NCBI RefSeq assembly: GCF_009914755.1
Contig: NC_060932.1
Reading direction: 5' to 3' (one strand)
DNA from: the human T2T-CHM13v2.0 reference genome, Homo sapiens
Length of the DNA: 64,000 bases
Position 1 is the stretch's first letter. Every line of letters begins with the position of its first letter. Under the pieces are notes generated by a model. That model saw only the letters and a program-made list of their open reading frames with translations, was not told the origin of the DNA and searched no databases. Made by a program: the position numbers and the translations under genes. Below are positions 20,170-47,928 of this stretch, in pieces.

Positions 20170-23110
20170 ACTTGCATGGGAAGAGAATGTTTAATTTTGT
20201 GAAAAACGACCAAACTGTCTTCCAAAGTAGCTCTTAGAGACAACCTGTCCGCAGAAGAACGCAGCAAGCCCCCTCCCCTAAATGCCCTGCAGCTTATTTC
20301 TTCTGAAATGCTGCCCCTACTCCACGTTACCAGAACTTAGGTACAGCTGTATCCACCCCCAGGCCAAACCACATCCTGGTACTCTAAGCCAGGTGGGGCA
20401 AGAAGTGACAAACAACTGCAGGATGTAGACTAACCTCAGAAAGCCCCTAGGCCCTCAAAGCCCTATATAAGTCCCTCACCTTAAACACCCTGGGCTGCCT
20501 CCTCTGACTGTTATGCAGCAGGCCGGCAGGTCAATAAACTTGCTTGCCTGACTTTGAGTATACTCGTCTTTTCTCTTGGCCAACCTTACGGTAGCTGTAC
20601 CAGTTTGCATTTCCACCAGCAATGAATGAGAGTTCCTGTTGCTCTGCATCCTCACCAGCATTTGGTGTGGTCAGTATTTTGGATTTTCACCATTCTAATA
20701 GGTGTGTAGTAGTATGCTATTCTTGTCTAATTTGCTGTTCCCCAATGACATATGATGTTGGGCATATTATCATATACTTATTTGCCGTTGGTAGATCTTC
20801 TTTGGTGAGAGGTCTGCTCAGATCTTTTATCCATGTTTTAACTGGGTTATTCTTTTTCTTTTTTTTTTTGAGTCTTAAGAGTTCCTCGTGTGTTTTGGAT
20901 AACAGTCCTTTATCAGAGATGTCTTTTGCAAATAGTTTCTACCAGTCTGTGGCTTATCTTCACACTCTCTTCACAGTGTCTTTCAGAAAGCAAATAATAA
21001 TAATAATAATAATTACGTCTAATTTATCAATTATTTCTTTCATGGATTATGCTTTTTGTGTTGTATCTAAAAAGTAATCATGATGCCGAAGGTCATCTAG
21101 ATGTTTTGTCTTCTAGGAGTTTTATTGTTTTGTGTTTTTACATTTAAGTCCATGATCCATTTGAGCTGGCTTTTGTGAATGGTGTAAGATCTGTACCTGG
21201 ATTTGTTTTTGTTTTTGCATGTAGGTGTACAGTTGTTCCAGTGCTCATTGTTGAAAAGACTCTTTGAACCATTGTATTGCCTTTCTTTTTTCGAAAGGTC
21301 AGTTGACTGTATTTACATGTGCCTATTTCTGGGATTCCTATTCTGTTCCATTTATCTATTTGTTTATTCTTTAACTAATACCACACTATCTTGATTACTG
21401 TTGATTTATAGTAATTCTTGAAGTTGGGTAGTATCCGTCCTCTGACTTATTTGTTCAATATTGTGTTGGCTCTTCTGGGTCTTTTGCCTTTCCACATAAA
21501 CTTTAGAATTAGTTTGTTGATATCCACAAAATAACTAGCCATGATTTTCACTGGGATTTCACTGGATCTACAGATCAATTTGGGAAGAATTGATATCTTG
21601 ATAATATTGAGTTTTCCTGTCCATGAATATAAAATGCCTCTGTATTTATTTAGTCCTTCATAGATTTCTTTCATCAGAATTTTGTAGTTTTCCTTATGTA
21701 GAATTTGTACATACCGTGTTAGATTTATACCTAAGTTTTATAGGGGGGTGCTAATGTAAATGGTATTGCATTTTTAATTTCATATTCCACTTGATCATTA
21801 TAGGTATATGGGAATTGACTTTTATACATTAACTTTGTATCTGCAATCTTGTTCTCATTGCCTCTTAGTTCCAGGACATCGATTTGGCAATTCTTTCATA
21901 ATTTTCTGCATGGATAATTATGTCTTCTATAAAGACAGACCATTTTATTTCTTCCTCTTCAGTCTGTACAACTTTTATTTCTTTTTCTTGGCTAACTGTG
22001 TTAGCTACGATTTCCCGTACAGTGTTGACTAGGAATGGTGTGAGCAGACATTCTTGTGTTATTCCTGATTCCACTGGAAAACGATCTAGGTTTTCACCAT
22101 TAATTCTTATGTTGGCTGTAAGGTTCCTGTTTATGTTCTTTATCAAGTGGAGGATGTGTCCCTCTATTCCTAGAGTGCCGAGACTTTTTATCATGAGCTG
22201 GTGTTGGATTTTGTCAAATGCTTTTTCTGCATCTAGCAATATGATCATATGATTTTTCTTTAGTCTGTTGGTGGATTATATTAATTGATTTTTGAACATT
22301 GAACTAGCCTTGCCTAGCTGTAATAAATTCCGCTTTAACCTGGTGTACAATTCTTTTGATACATTGTGGGTTTCAATTTGCTAACATTCTATTGATGATT
22401 TTTGCATCTATATTCACAAGATATATTGTTTTGTGTTTTTTCTTTCTTGTAATGTCTTTGTGTGGTTTTGGCGTTAGGGTAATCCTTGCCTCATAGGATC
22501 AGTTGGGAAGTATTCCTTTTGTTTCTATCTTATAAAAGAGATGGCACAGGACTGGTACAACTTTTTTTCTTAAATATTTGGTAGAACTTATCAAATGAAA
22601 CCATCTGGGCCTAATGCTTTCTGTGTGGATGTTGTTAATTATTGATTCAATTAATTAGATATAAACATATTCAAGTGGTCTGTTTCCTCTTGTGTGTTTT
22701 GGCAGAGTGTGCTTTCAAGAAATGTGTCCATTTCGTCTAGGTTATCAAATTTGTGGACATACAGTTATTCATAGTATTCCTTTATTATCATTTTCATGCC
22801 CATGGGATCTGCAGTAATGTCCCTTATTTCATTTCTGATATTGAGTATTTGTTTTTTCTCTTTGTTAGCCAGGCTAGAGGTTAATCAATTTCATTGACCT
22901 TTTCAAAAAATCAGCTTTAGGTTTTGTTGATAATCTTTTGAGTTTGTTTTCAATTTCATTGATTTCTGCTCTTTTTATTATTTTTTCTCTTCTGTTTAAT
23001 TTGTTCTTAATTTGTTCTTCTTTTATAGATTCCCAAGGTGGAATCTTAGGTTATTTTAGATCTTTCTTCTTTTCTGGTTTGTGCATTCATTGATATAAAT
23101 TTCCCTCTAT
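20170..23110 (-). mobile_element. Old L1 (L1MB-like) ORF2 fragment abutting the CHMP7 CpG island
   Basis: Minus-strand peptides [15 protein letters not shown] and ILPKLICRSSEIPVK. Confidence 0.85.
20232..20590 (+). mobile_element. 359-bp solo LTR (5-bp TSD, ERVL-class; family uncertain) inserted in L1
   Basis: TSD GTAGC 20227-20231 / 20591-20595 splits contiguous L1 sequence; TATATAA 20464-20470; AATAAA 20533-20538; degenerate TG..CA ends (TC..CG). Confidence 0.75.
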
Positions 23111-23551
23111 ACAGAGATTCACGGATCCATCCGGGTGGTCCGGGCACCACTGGCGCCCCTCTGCGGCTATTCCCCAGTTCCATTTTCTGAAGCCACAGGT
23201 CAGAAGCCGCTGTACAACACTTTGCCGAACTCCAGAATCTTGAAGGAGACGTAAGGAGCAGCCACCTGCCGCGCAGGCGCAAGCCTTTCTTTCGGCACAA
23301 AGACCGTGGGAGGAGGGGTCGGCGCAAGCGCTCGGTGTCTCTCTGAAAAGAACATCATACTGCCTCCTGGCTGACGGAGCGCAGCGCAACGCATGCGCCT
23401 TGAAGACTTATGGAACTTATTTCACGCTCAGGGCGGCGGTGACGTGTGAACGAGAAGGAGGTGGTCAAGGAACGGAAGCCGGGAGGGAACGAGGGCGGAA
23501 GCGGACCAGGGCCAGGCTTGTGTTCGCAGCCTTGCCGTGGCTGGGGTTCCG

Positions 23552-37470
<13,919 letters not shown>

Positions 37471-38870
37471 GACCCTCAAGTGAAGGACCCTCATGTAAAA
37501 GAGAGACCAGGCCTGCTGGGTGTGTACATAGTTATTTAAACAAGAAACTCTCAGAATGTGTTTGGAAGAGGAGAAAGGAGAACCACTGATTTTATCTGGA
37601 TGCTACTACTTACTACAGGACAGATAGAATTTCTGGAAGCGATGCTCCAAAGGCTTGCTCCCAGCTGTATCATGGACCTGCCTTCTCATCTTTATAGTGC
37701 CACGATTTATACAGTCCTGTGTCTGACCTGTCATTTCATAGCCTGCAGTTCTTGCCATTGGCACACTTAGATTTGTCTTCACCCACCAGCTTCGTTCCAG
37801 CCCATGAAGGGGAAAGATTTGCAGCTTTGCCAAATCTGAATCAGTTCCCACTCCCCCCTGTGGTTTTTTAGAGGGGTTTATCCTGTCGCTAATGTCAGTT
37901 AAATAGCTTATTCCTGTCCCACTTGATTTCACTGGTAAGAATGAGAATGAAATACTTAAAGGTTTTATTTGAGGGGACTTAGCTGCCATTTTATGGAAAA
38001 ACATGTAGTATAAAAGGTTTTTCTCCAGGGTCATTTGACAGAATTCTCCAGGTGTTCAGAGAAAGAGGTCGCCCCAAGTGGCCCAGAGTCGTGACAGTCC
38101 GGAGGGGCTGGTGTGGCCGGTGGGCGCTGCCTCTTCATCTGATGGAGCCAGGAGGTCCGCCGGTGGGGGAAAGGCTTCTTCCGAGGCTTCTGCACTCGCC
38201 TGGGAAGAGGCCCAGTCACTACAGGACCCTGAGATGTCCAGACCCCTTATGCAAAGAGGCAAAATTGTTGCCTTGGCCCCATCATGGAGTAACTTAAAAA
38301 TACATATCTATCTTCCAGAACAAGCCACACAACAACACACCTCCCCTCCTTGAGCCTGGCACACAGCACCGGGCTCTCTGAATTTGGAAAGTGTTTCATT
38401 TTGTGGCCTACTGCTCGGGGCAGGGGGGCTGAGCCAGGATGTGCAATAGAAGCAGGGGTTGTCCCCTCTGCCAGATCTGTGGGGAGCTGCCCAGGCCACC
38501 CGTGCACCTGTCCTGCTTCCTGCAGTCCCCACTCCCTGCCTCCTTTGAGGGACTGGGGGACTTGGGGTAGGGGGACAGACGGGAAAGGGTCTGAATGCTC
38601 TGGCAATGGCGAGAAGAAGCGATCGCCACACTGCCACTCTGCTGCCCAGCCACCAGGATTTCTGCCTGGAGCCCTTTGCCCTGTCCCTGCTGCCTGAGGT
38701 GGCGTAGAGCAGAGGAGAAGAATTTGCTCCAGGCCAGGAGCACAAATCGTTGTTCAATGAATTTCTCTCCAACTCGACCTTGGTAAACGGAAATGTTGGG
38801 GGTGAAGAGAAACAATCACTATTTTTTTCTTTTTTATCTGGTAAATAATTAAAAGAAAAACCGAACACTT
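37471..38870 (+). other. CHMP7: CHMP7 3'UTR (about 1.4 kb)
   Basis: Repeat-free sequence after the stop codon up to an ATTAAA signal; end inferred. Confidence 0.7.
38848..38853 (+). terminator. CHMP7 polyadenylation signal ATTAAA
   Basis: ATTAAA with upstream U-rich tract and downstream GU/U-rich element (~38870-38920). Confidence 0.7.
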
Positions 38871-39779
38871 GTCCCGTCTCCTCTTTAGGTTTTATCAAGC
38901 GTCTTGTTCCTTGGTGCGTCCCCACGCTTCCAGCTTCTGCACACTTTGGTTCTTTCTCTTAAGGCCACAGGAGAATATGGAGAGCCTGACCGTGTGAGCT
39001 TTAAGCTGCGGCAGCTGCTGCTCCATCCAAGTGGCCGCTCTCACTGAGCTCCCCTGGGGAGGACTCATTCTTTGAATGGCCTCCCTGGTTTTAGCAGTGT
39101 GCCATTGCTACTGTTTTCCATTGCCTGGGCTCTGTAAGTGGCCTAATTTCTTCTGCCCATGTGATTGTATCATATTTTAGTCTGGCACTGGTATTTCTCA
39201 GCCCCTCCTCCAGGGATGGTGTTTGCCACACCCTGTGAGGGAGAGGGGCTTTGAGGCTGAGGGCAGCATTAGGAATAGGCTAAACAACTGGCCGCAGCAC
39301 TAGGTCTGCAGCTCCAGGTAAGGCAGAGGTGAACTGGCCAGGAAAAGGTGGTGACAGCAGCGGCTCAGAAAGCCCTGGGAGAATCTAAAGGACCTGATGA
39401 GAAGGGCGAGGGACTGGAGCTCACAGGCCCTGCGGAAGAGAGGGCAACCGCTCTTCCATTCCTTCTGCTGGAAGGAAGTGGCCTGGACCTGGTGAACCTT
39501 GTTAATCTGATTTAAGGTTACTTTTTCTTTCACTGTCCTGAGCCACTGAAGAATCCTTGTTAAATGATCCAGACTTACTCTTTGCTGTGCTACAGGAAAT
39601 TAAAAGGAGCTGTTGAGTCTGCTTGGAGCAGAGAACAAGAAGGGGTAATCTACAGGACTCTGGTGGTGGCGGCTACAGCTGCCAGCATGGAATTCCCATA
39701 GCTGGACAATCAGGGCTGAGTGGCCTCAGGAGTCGGCGCCATGGAGGGATTCACTCCTCTTGAGAGTTTTCTTTTTTAG

Positions 39780-40049
39780 TGTTTTTTTTTTTTTTGAGAC
39801 AGGATCTTGCTCTGTCACCCAGGCTGGAGTGCAGTGTGAGATCATGGGTCACTGCAGCCTCGACCTGGGATCAAGCAATTCTTCACACCTCAGCCTCCCG
39901 AGGAGCTGGTACTATAGATGTGCCACCACACCTGGCTAATTTTCTTTATTTTAGTAGAGATGAGGTCTCAAACTCCTGGCCTCAAGAGACCCTCCCACCT
40001 AAGCCTCTCAGAGTGCTGGGATTACAGGTGTGAGCCACTGCACCTGGCC
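39780..40049 (-). mobile_element. Alu (AluJ-like)
   Basis: Diverged Alu, reverse. Confidence 0.85.
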
Positions 40050-40861
40050 AACTTCTCCCTTCTCTTGAATCCTTGCTGCCTCACGACAGGTGTCAGAGCG
40101 GCACCACCACACCGCAAAGTGAAGAGATGATGCCGTGCCTGGGAGGGTGGCTGGAGAGTCCCCCATCACTGCTAGTATGGGAACGGTGATGGTATGCAGA
40201 GAGGAGGTGTGGTTAGAAGGGTAAGTGGGTATTTGGAGGTGAGGGGAAGGGTGCTACCTGGGAATCTCCTGGGCCTGCCTAAAAGGGTTGTGTAACCAGA
40301 GTCCTGGGACCGGGGTGGGCTTTGCAGTCAGACATGCTGTTGTGAGAGAGACGAAAGGGTTACACTGCGGTTCTCACTGCCTGCCTGAAGTGACAGCCGA
40401 AGGCTGAGCAGACCTCCGGGAAGTGGTCATGAGGATCTGGCTCGATCTGCTGAAAATATAATCTAGGCCATCAGAAAAGAGGAGGGAAGAGCTGGAGCTG
40501 TGAAGAAAGATGAGATCACTGAGAGCTGCTGAGTCCCAAAGAATCAAAACGAAGCCCTGCTCTGAGGCTTGTGGGTGAGCCTGGTGACCTTCCTTTCTTT
40601 TGAACTGTCTTCATGTCTTCTCATTTTTACGTAGTTGTGGCTACTCTTTGGGGAAAGTGTGGCTGCTTTTCTCTGTCTGCACAGAAGCAATGCAAGGTTA
40701 TAGACTCCGGAACATGAGAGCCAGAAGGAGCCACGAGAAGGGTAGGGGAAACGTCTGTTTTACAGAGGAGGACCCAAATCTTAGGCAGCTTGCTGAGGCC
40801 ACAGAGCTCACAGGGGAATTTAGTTTGTTGACTTCCAGCTTGGAATTCTTTGTCACACAAG

Positions 40862-40972
40862 TGTTGGGGCTCATAAAATAATGCCCAAAATGTGGCACTT
40901 GACGAGCTGAACTAAAGCAGCAGCTTCAAGGTTTCTCTCTGGCTTTCCCCCGCCATCGTGTGTCTGTGACCC

Positions 40973-41003
<31 letters not shown>

Positions 41004-41688
41004 TTTTTTTTTTGACCCTTTTCTAAAGCACCAGGAGCATGCTGTCTCTCTGACCTTTTTCTTTTCTTTTCAACCCTTTCTTTTCTAAAGCACCAGGAGG
41101 ACCTCTTTCTCTGGAAGTTCCCTTACCTGATTAAGAACACTTCTAAAATAAATGCAGCCGTCTTAAAGCCCCCTCCCTATGAATCTCATTAAATAACCAG
41201 GAATGATTAATCACCCAAGAAAAGACTGAAAAAGAAGCTACAGCCAGGATACCATACCCAGACAGACTTTTCGTCTTTTCTTCTGAGGGAGGTTCCAAGA
41301 GATAACCTGGGAGACTGTATCTGCATAATAAGACAACCTTAGTTCACAGTGCAGTACCACCCCTCACCTTCCATGACTTGTCCACAAGCTATTGTTTGTC
41401 CTTCAGTCCCATTCAGCATCCAAAGAGAACCATTTGCAAACCACTGTCAGGTATTTGGGTCCATTCATATACAGCCCCCCAGCTCCCTTTCCCTAGTGAA
41501 GAGAGTATTTAAGTGCCAACCATTGGGCCTTTCTGTGTATGTTCATATTTTTTATATGGCTTCCCTGCTTCATGCATGTTAATAAATTTGTTATGATTTT
41601 CTCTTGTTAACCTGTCTTTTATTATAAGGGTGTTGGCTGTGACCCTTAATAAGGTGGAAGAAAGAGATCACCCCTTTCCACTCCTGCA
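40862..41688 (+). mobile_element. ERV1 solo LTR (MER39/MER34-like)
   Basis: tgttggggctcataaaataatgcccaaaatgtggc start, AATAAA at 41581, CA end. Confidence 0.65.
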
Positions 41689-41729
41689 CCAGGCTACTCC
41701 TAACCACACTCTCAGAAACACATTCTCAT

Positions 41730-41868
41730 GACCAGGTGCAGTGGCTCACACCTGTAATCCCAGCACTTCGGGAGACCAAGATGGATGGATCACTTGAGCC
41801 TAGGAGTTCAAGACCAGCCTGGGCAACATAGTGAGACCCAATCTCTAAAAATGGAAGAAGAAAAAAGA
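41730..41868 (+). mobile_element. Alu monomer (FLAM-like)
   Basis: Left monomer plus A-rich tail. Confidence 0.8.
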
Positions 41869-42009
41869 CACTCTCAAAAGATAACTCCAAAAGTACTTTC
41901 TGTGGTGGGCATGTGCCCTGACCCCATGTCAGTGCTTTCAGTTGGCAGACCAGCTTCCTTTGGCTGACATTTGTGCAGTTTCACAGACTTCTACAGATTG
42001 GAAATTACA

Positions 42010-42300
42010 GGCTGGGTGCGGTGGCTCATGCCTGTAAACCCAGCATTTTGGGAGGCAGAAGCGGGCAGATCACTTGAGGTCAGGAGTTCCAGAGTAGCCT
42101 GGCCAATGTGGTGAAACTCCATCTCTACTAAAAATACAAAAATTAGCCAGGCGTGGTGGCGGGCACCTGTAGTCCCAGCTACTTGGGAGGATGAGCAACG
42201 AGAATCGTTGAACCCGAGAGGTGGAAGTTGCAGTGAGCTCACATCGCACCACTGCATACCTGCCTGGGCAATAGAGTGAGATCCCGTCTCAAAAAAAAAA
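42010..42300 (+). mobile_element. Alu
   Basis: Alu consensus. Confidence 0.9.
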
Positions 42301-42789
42301 GGAAATTGCCTCCCAGGAGATACTGGGTAGGGCTGTGCCTCAGAATCTCCCCATTTTTAGGGAAACCAAAGAAAGTATTAAGATTGTTTTGTTGTTGTTT
42401 TGCTGGTCTGCACCCTGTAGATAACGTTTTCATTGTATTTTGCAGCAGGCTCTTCAACTGTACAGAAAAGAGCTGGCTACTGGCTGCACAGCACTTCCTG
42501 CAGGAGTTGGTTCACAAAAGCAGTAAAGCTGTCTTTATTCACAGGTGATACAATTGTGTATGTGGTAATCCAAGGAACCTATAGAGAAACTACTTGAATG
42601 GAAAATTTATTTTAGCATGGTCACTGGATACAAGCTCAATATTTTAAATATTGAGTAGTATAGTTCAGTATTAAATATTGACTATTTAGTATAGTTCTAT
42701 ATACTAGCAAAATTATAAAAATTTAAAAGAAATGATCTATGCTAGCCCCTAATATATTGAATTCTGAGAAAAAAGTTTAATACCCTTTA

Positions 42790-43006
42790 CCATGGCTTCT
42801 CAACCTTGGTGCTACTGATATTTTGAGCCTATAATTATTTGTTATGGGAATTGTACATTTTGGGATGTTCAGAAGCATCCCTGCCTCTAGGCACAAGACT
42901 CCATTAGCACTGTCCATCCCCTAGCATAACAGCCAAAAATGACTCCAGATACTGCCCTGGGGGACGGGGAGGATGGGAGCAAAATCACCCCTAGTTAAAA
43001 ACCACT
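42790..43006. mobile_element. MER20 (hAT-Charlie)
   Basis: catggcttctcaacc...aaaatcacccctagttaaaaaccactg termini. Confidence 0.75.
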
Positions 43007-43171
43007 GCCTACACTGAAAACTATAAAATATTATAGAGAAAAAAAAAGTTAAAGATGTCCATCCATTCTTCCAAAATTTATCTATACGGTCAATGAAAAC
43101 CCAGTCAAAATGCCAGCAGATTTTGTGCATGTGTGCACGTGTGTGTATGTATAAATTAAAAAGCAACTCTA

Positions 43172-43494
43172 GGCCGGGTGTGGTGGCTCACGCCTGTAAC
43201 CCCAGCACTTTGGGAGGCCGAGGCGGGCGGATCACTTGAGGTCAGGAGTTTGAGACCAGACTGGCCAACATGGTGAAACCCTGTCTCTATTAAAAATACA
43301 AAAAATTAGCTGGGCGTGGTGGCTTGTGCCTGTAATCTCAACTACTCAGGAGGCTGAGGTGGGAGAATCACTTGAAACCGGAGCCGGAGGTTGCAGTGAG
43401 CCGAGATTGTGCCACTGCACTCCAGACAGACTGGGCGACAGAGCGAGACTCCGTCTCAAAAAAAAAAAAAAAGAAAAAAGAAAAGAAAAAGAAA
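43172..43494 (+). mobile_element. Alu
   Basis: Alu consensus. Confidence 0.9.
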
Positions 43495-43576
43495 AGACAT
43501 TCTAAAATTACATAGAAAGGCAGAGAATGAAAAATAGCCACAGCAATCTTGAAGAAGTGAAATAAAGCTGGAGGAC

Positions 43577-43923
<347 letters not shown>

Positions 43924-44018
43924 TCAACTTTTTAAAAAGTGAATAACACTAAAAGATGTTGAATGAATAACTTCCCAACCACTAGTGGGTATAAAAGGGC
44001 AATAAGAATAACAGTACA

Positions 44019-44417
<399 letters not shown>

Positions 44418-44487
44418 TTAATAAAAATATGTCAGTAATCACAAGGAGTGTAAATGAATTGAACTTGCGAGATAAAAGACAGATGTT

Positions 44488-44783
44488 GGTCCGGGCGTGG
44501 TGGCTCATGCCTGTAATCCCAGCACTTTGGGAGGCCGAGGCGGGCGGATCATCTGAGGTCAGGAGTTTGAGACCAGCCTGGCCAACATAGCAAAACCCTA
44601 TCGCTACTAAAGATACAAAAATTAGCTGGGAATGGTGATGCACATCTGTAATCCCAGCTACTCGGGAGGCTGAGGCAGGAGAATCACTTGAACCTGGAGG
44701 CAGAGGTTGCAGTGAGCTGAGATCATGCCACTGCACTCCAGCCTGGGCAACAGAGTGAGACTCCATCTCAAAATAAAATAAAA
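44488..44783 (+). mobile_element. Alu
   Basis: Alu consensus. Confidence 0.9.
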
Positions 44784-44870
44784 TACAGATGATTTTAGGT
44801 TTAAAAAAATACAATTAAATCCTGAGCTATTTGTAAGAGATATATTTAAGTTCATACAAAGATTTTAAAT

Positions 44871-45173
44871 AGGCTGGGCACAGTGGCTCACGCCTGTGAT
44901 CCCAGCCACTTTGGGAGGTCGAGGTGTGTGGATCACGAGGTCAGGAGATCGAGACCATCCTGGCTAACACAGTGAAACCCCATCTCTACTAAAAATACAA
45001 AAAATTAGCCAGGTGTGGTGGCGGGCGCCTGTGGTCCCAGCTACTCAGGAGGCTGAGGCAGGAGAATGGCATGAACCTAGGAGGCGGAGCTTGCAGTGAG
45101 CTGAGATTGCACCACTGCACTCCAGCCTGGGCGACAGAGTGAGACTCCGTCTCAAAAAAAAAAAAAAATAAAA
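44871..45173 (+). mobile_element. AluY-like
   Basis: TSD AAAGATTTTAAAT. Confidence 0.9.
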
Positions 45174-45210
45174 AGATTTTAAATGAAAGTATCAAAAAAA
45201 GGACTGTATC

Positions 45211-45497
45211 TGAGGTAGGAAGTGGGATTGGACTCCAGAGGCGGTGTTTGGGTACTGGACCAAGTTGAGGATTAGCTAAAACAGGGACGAGGTGGAAGCA
45301 GCTTTTCATACGACATGTCCACCAATGTGCCATGTCAGTTTACCACTGCCATGCAGACACCCAAAGTTACCACCTCTTTCCATGGCAACAACCCAATGAC
45401 CCGGAAGTTACAGCTCTTTTTCTAGAAATGTCTGCATAACCTGCCCCTTGATTTGCATATAATTAAAAGTGTGTGTAAATGACTGCAGAACTGCCTC
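45211..45497 (+). mobile_element. MER41-family LTR, 3' truncated
   Basis: tgaggtaggaagtgggattggactccagaggcgg...agctaaaacaggg. Confidence 0.65.
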
Positions 45498-45777
45498 ACC
45501 TGACCTCAAATGATTTGCTCCCCTCAGCCTCTCAAAGTACTGGGATTACAGGCGTGAGCCACTGTGCCCAGCCCAGACATAATTTTTTAAAAGGTGAAAA
45601 CGCAAGCCTAAAACCAGAAGGAAACAGTTTCAACTCATAATTGACAAAGTCCTACAAATCTAAAAGAAATAGAAAACCCCAAAGGGGATAGGGGGCCAGC
45701 AAGGTGCACGAGCAATCGATTCTCAAAAGGGAAAAGGCAATTTTCAGAGTGGGAAGCGGGAAGAGTGGTGAGGAGGG

Positions 45778-46420
<643 letters not shown>

Positions 46421-46959
46421 ACACCATATGATTTTTTTGGGGGGTGGGGAGACATCAGTCCATAAGAGAAGGTTTGCCTAAGTAGAGAGCTATAGGAGTA
46501 GCCAGTTCCCAGGTATACACTGGAGCCAGAACCCACAGGTTCCCGAAGGCTTAAGGTAGGGCGGGAAGGGAGAAATAAAGGGTGATGGATACACTGTGGG
46601 CTTGAACCAGTGGGTGGGCTCTGGTGCCATATATTGAGATGGTGAGAACCTGGGGAGGAATAAACTTGAAGGTCGGCCTGGGATGGAGCCTGAGGCATTC
46701 CAGCTGTTAGAGGTTGAGTAGGAGAGGAGGAGCCAGAAAAGAAAACCAAAAGGGGCTGGGGAGGAAAATGGAAACCCAAACCTGTAGGGTGATGGAAACT
46801 AAAAGAGAATGGCCATCATTGAGTTCTGCTGAGAACCAGGCAGTGGGAGCCCTCTGTTCCAGGGGCAGGCACAGAAGGAGGCATTGTTTGCAGATGACAG
46901 AAAAACAAGAAGAGAACCCAGTCTGCTTTTCACTATCACCGTGTGCTGACAATTCTAAA

Positions 46960-47928
46960 CAATGTGGGTGATTTATTGTTCTAAGTTCCAAATAACTACT
47001 GTGGTTATCTGAGCTTCAGTGGGCACATTCCTATCTCTTGGGCTTTACTAACCCTTGTACTTGGAAGTTCATCCAGAGAACTCACAACGATACTGGGGGC
47101 TGCTCTCACATACTCACTTTGCAGGTAAGTTCTTAACGGTTTGGAATCACTAGAGCTCATTGTGGTTGCAGCTTGTGTCTTCAACACTTAGGATAATACG
47201 TATTCCTGTGTTTAAACAGTAGATTCAAAGTAAGCCAGGACAGTGTAGTAATTGTAAAGACCAAAGACACAGAGCATGAGTTACTGTAATTATGTCATTC
47301 TCTATGGCCACTTGGAGTTTTGCTTGTGTTTAACATTTAAAACAGTGGGCCGGGCGCGGTGGCTCATGCCTGTAATCCCAGCAGTTTAGGATGCTGCGGC
47401 AGATGGATTACTTGAGTCCAGGAGTTCAAAACTGACCTAAGCAACATAGAAAGACCCCATCTCTACAAAAATTAAAAAATTAGCCAGGCCAGGTAGCACA
47501 CGCCTGTGGTCCCAGCTACTCAGGAGGCTGAGGTGGGAGGATCACTTGGGCCTGGGAGGTTGAGGCTGCAGTGAGCCATGATTGTGCCACTGCACTTCAG
47601 CCTGGGCAACAGAGCAAGACCCTATCTATCTCAAATAAATAAATAAATAATAAAACTGTGGAAAAGAACTAACCATGTGGTATACTTTTATTTGGTAAGT
47701 GAAAATTTTAGTTCATGCATGAAATATTTTACCAAATTTGAATATCTTTAAATGGAAATTTATTCTTTTCAAAGTGTTCATTGTTGTTCAGCTAAAGAAC
47801 AAATCAAGACAGTGCTGATTATTACTTATTACTATGTAATTATTACCAAAAATAACTCTGTTGTATGGAGGAGGAAGATGTTTAAAAATGATCAGCTCCC
47901 CTGGTGTCAAATATGCTAGTTATGCCAC
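46960..47928. mobile_element. Zaphod-like hAT-Tip100 DNA transposon fragment, Alu-interrupted
   Basis: Terminal sequence aaaaatgatcagctcccctggtgtcaaatatgctagttatgccac resembles the Zaphod end. Confidence 0.45.
47348..47656 (+). mobile_element. Alu (AluJ-like)
   Basis: Diverged Alu. Confidence 0.85.

Larger units (their letters stand above)
42530..43570 (+). mobile_element. Old L1 fragments (L1ME-like) with MER20 and Alu insertions
   Basis: Degenerate ORF2-like sequence (ctacactgaaaactataaaat, cagcaatcttgaagaag). Confidence 0.6.
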
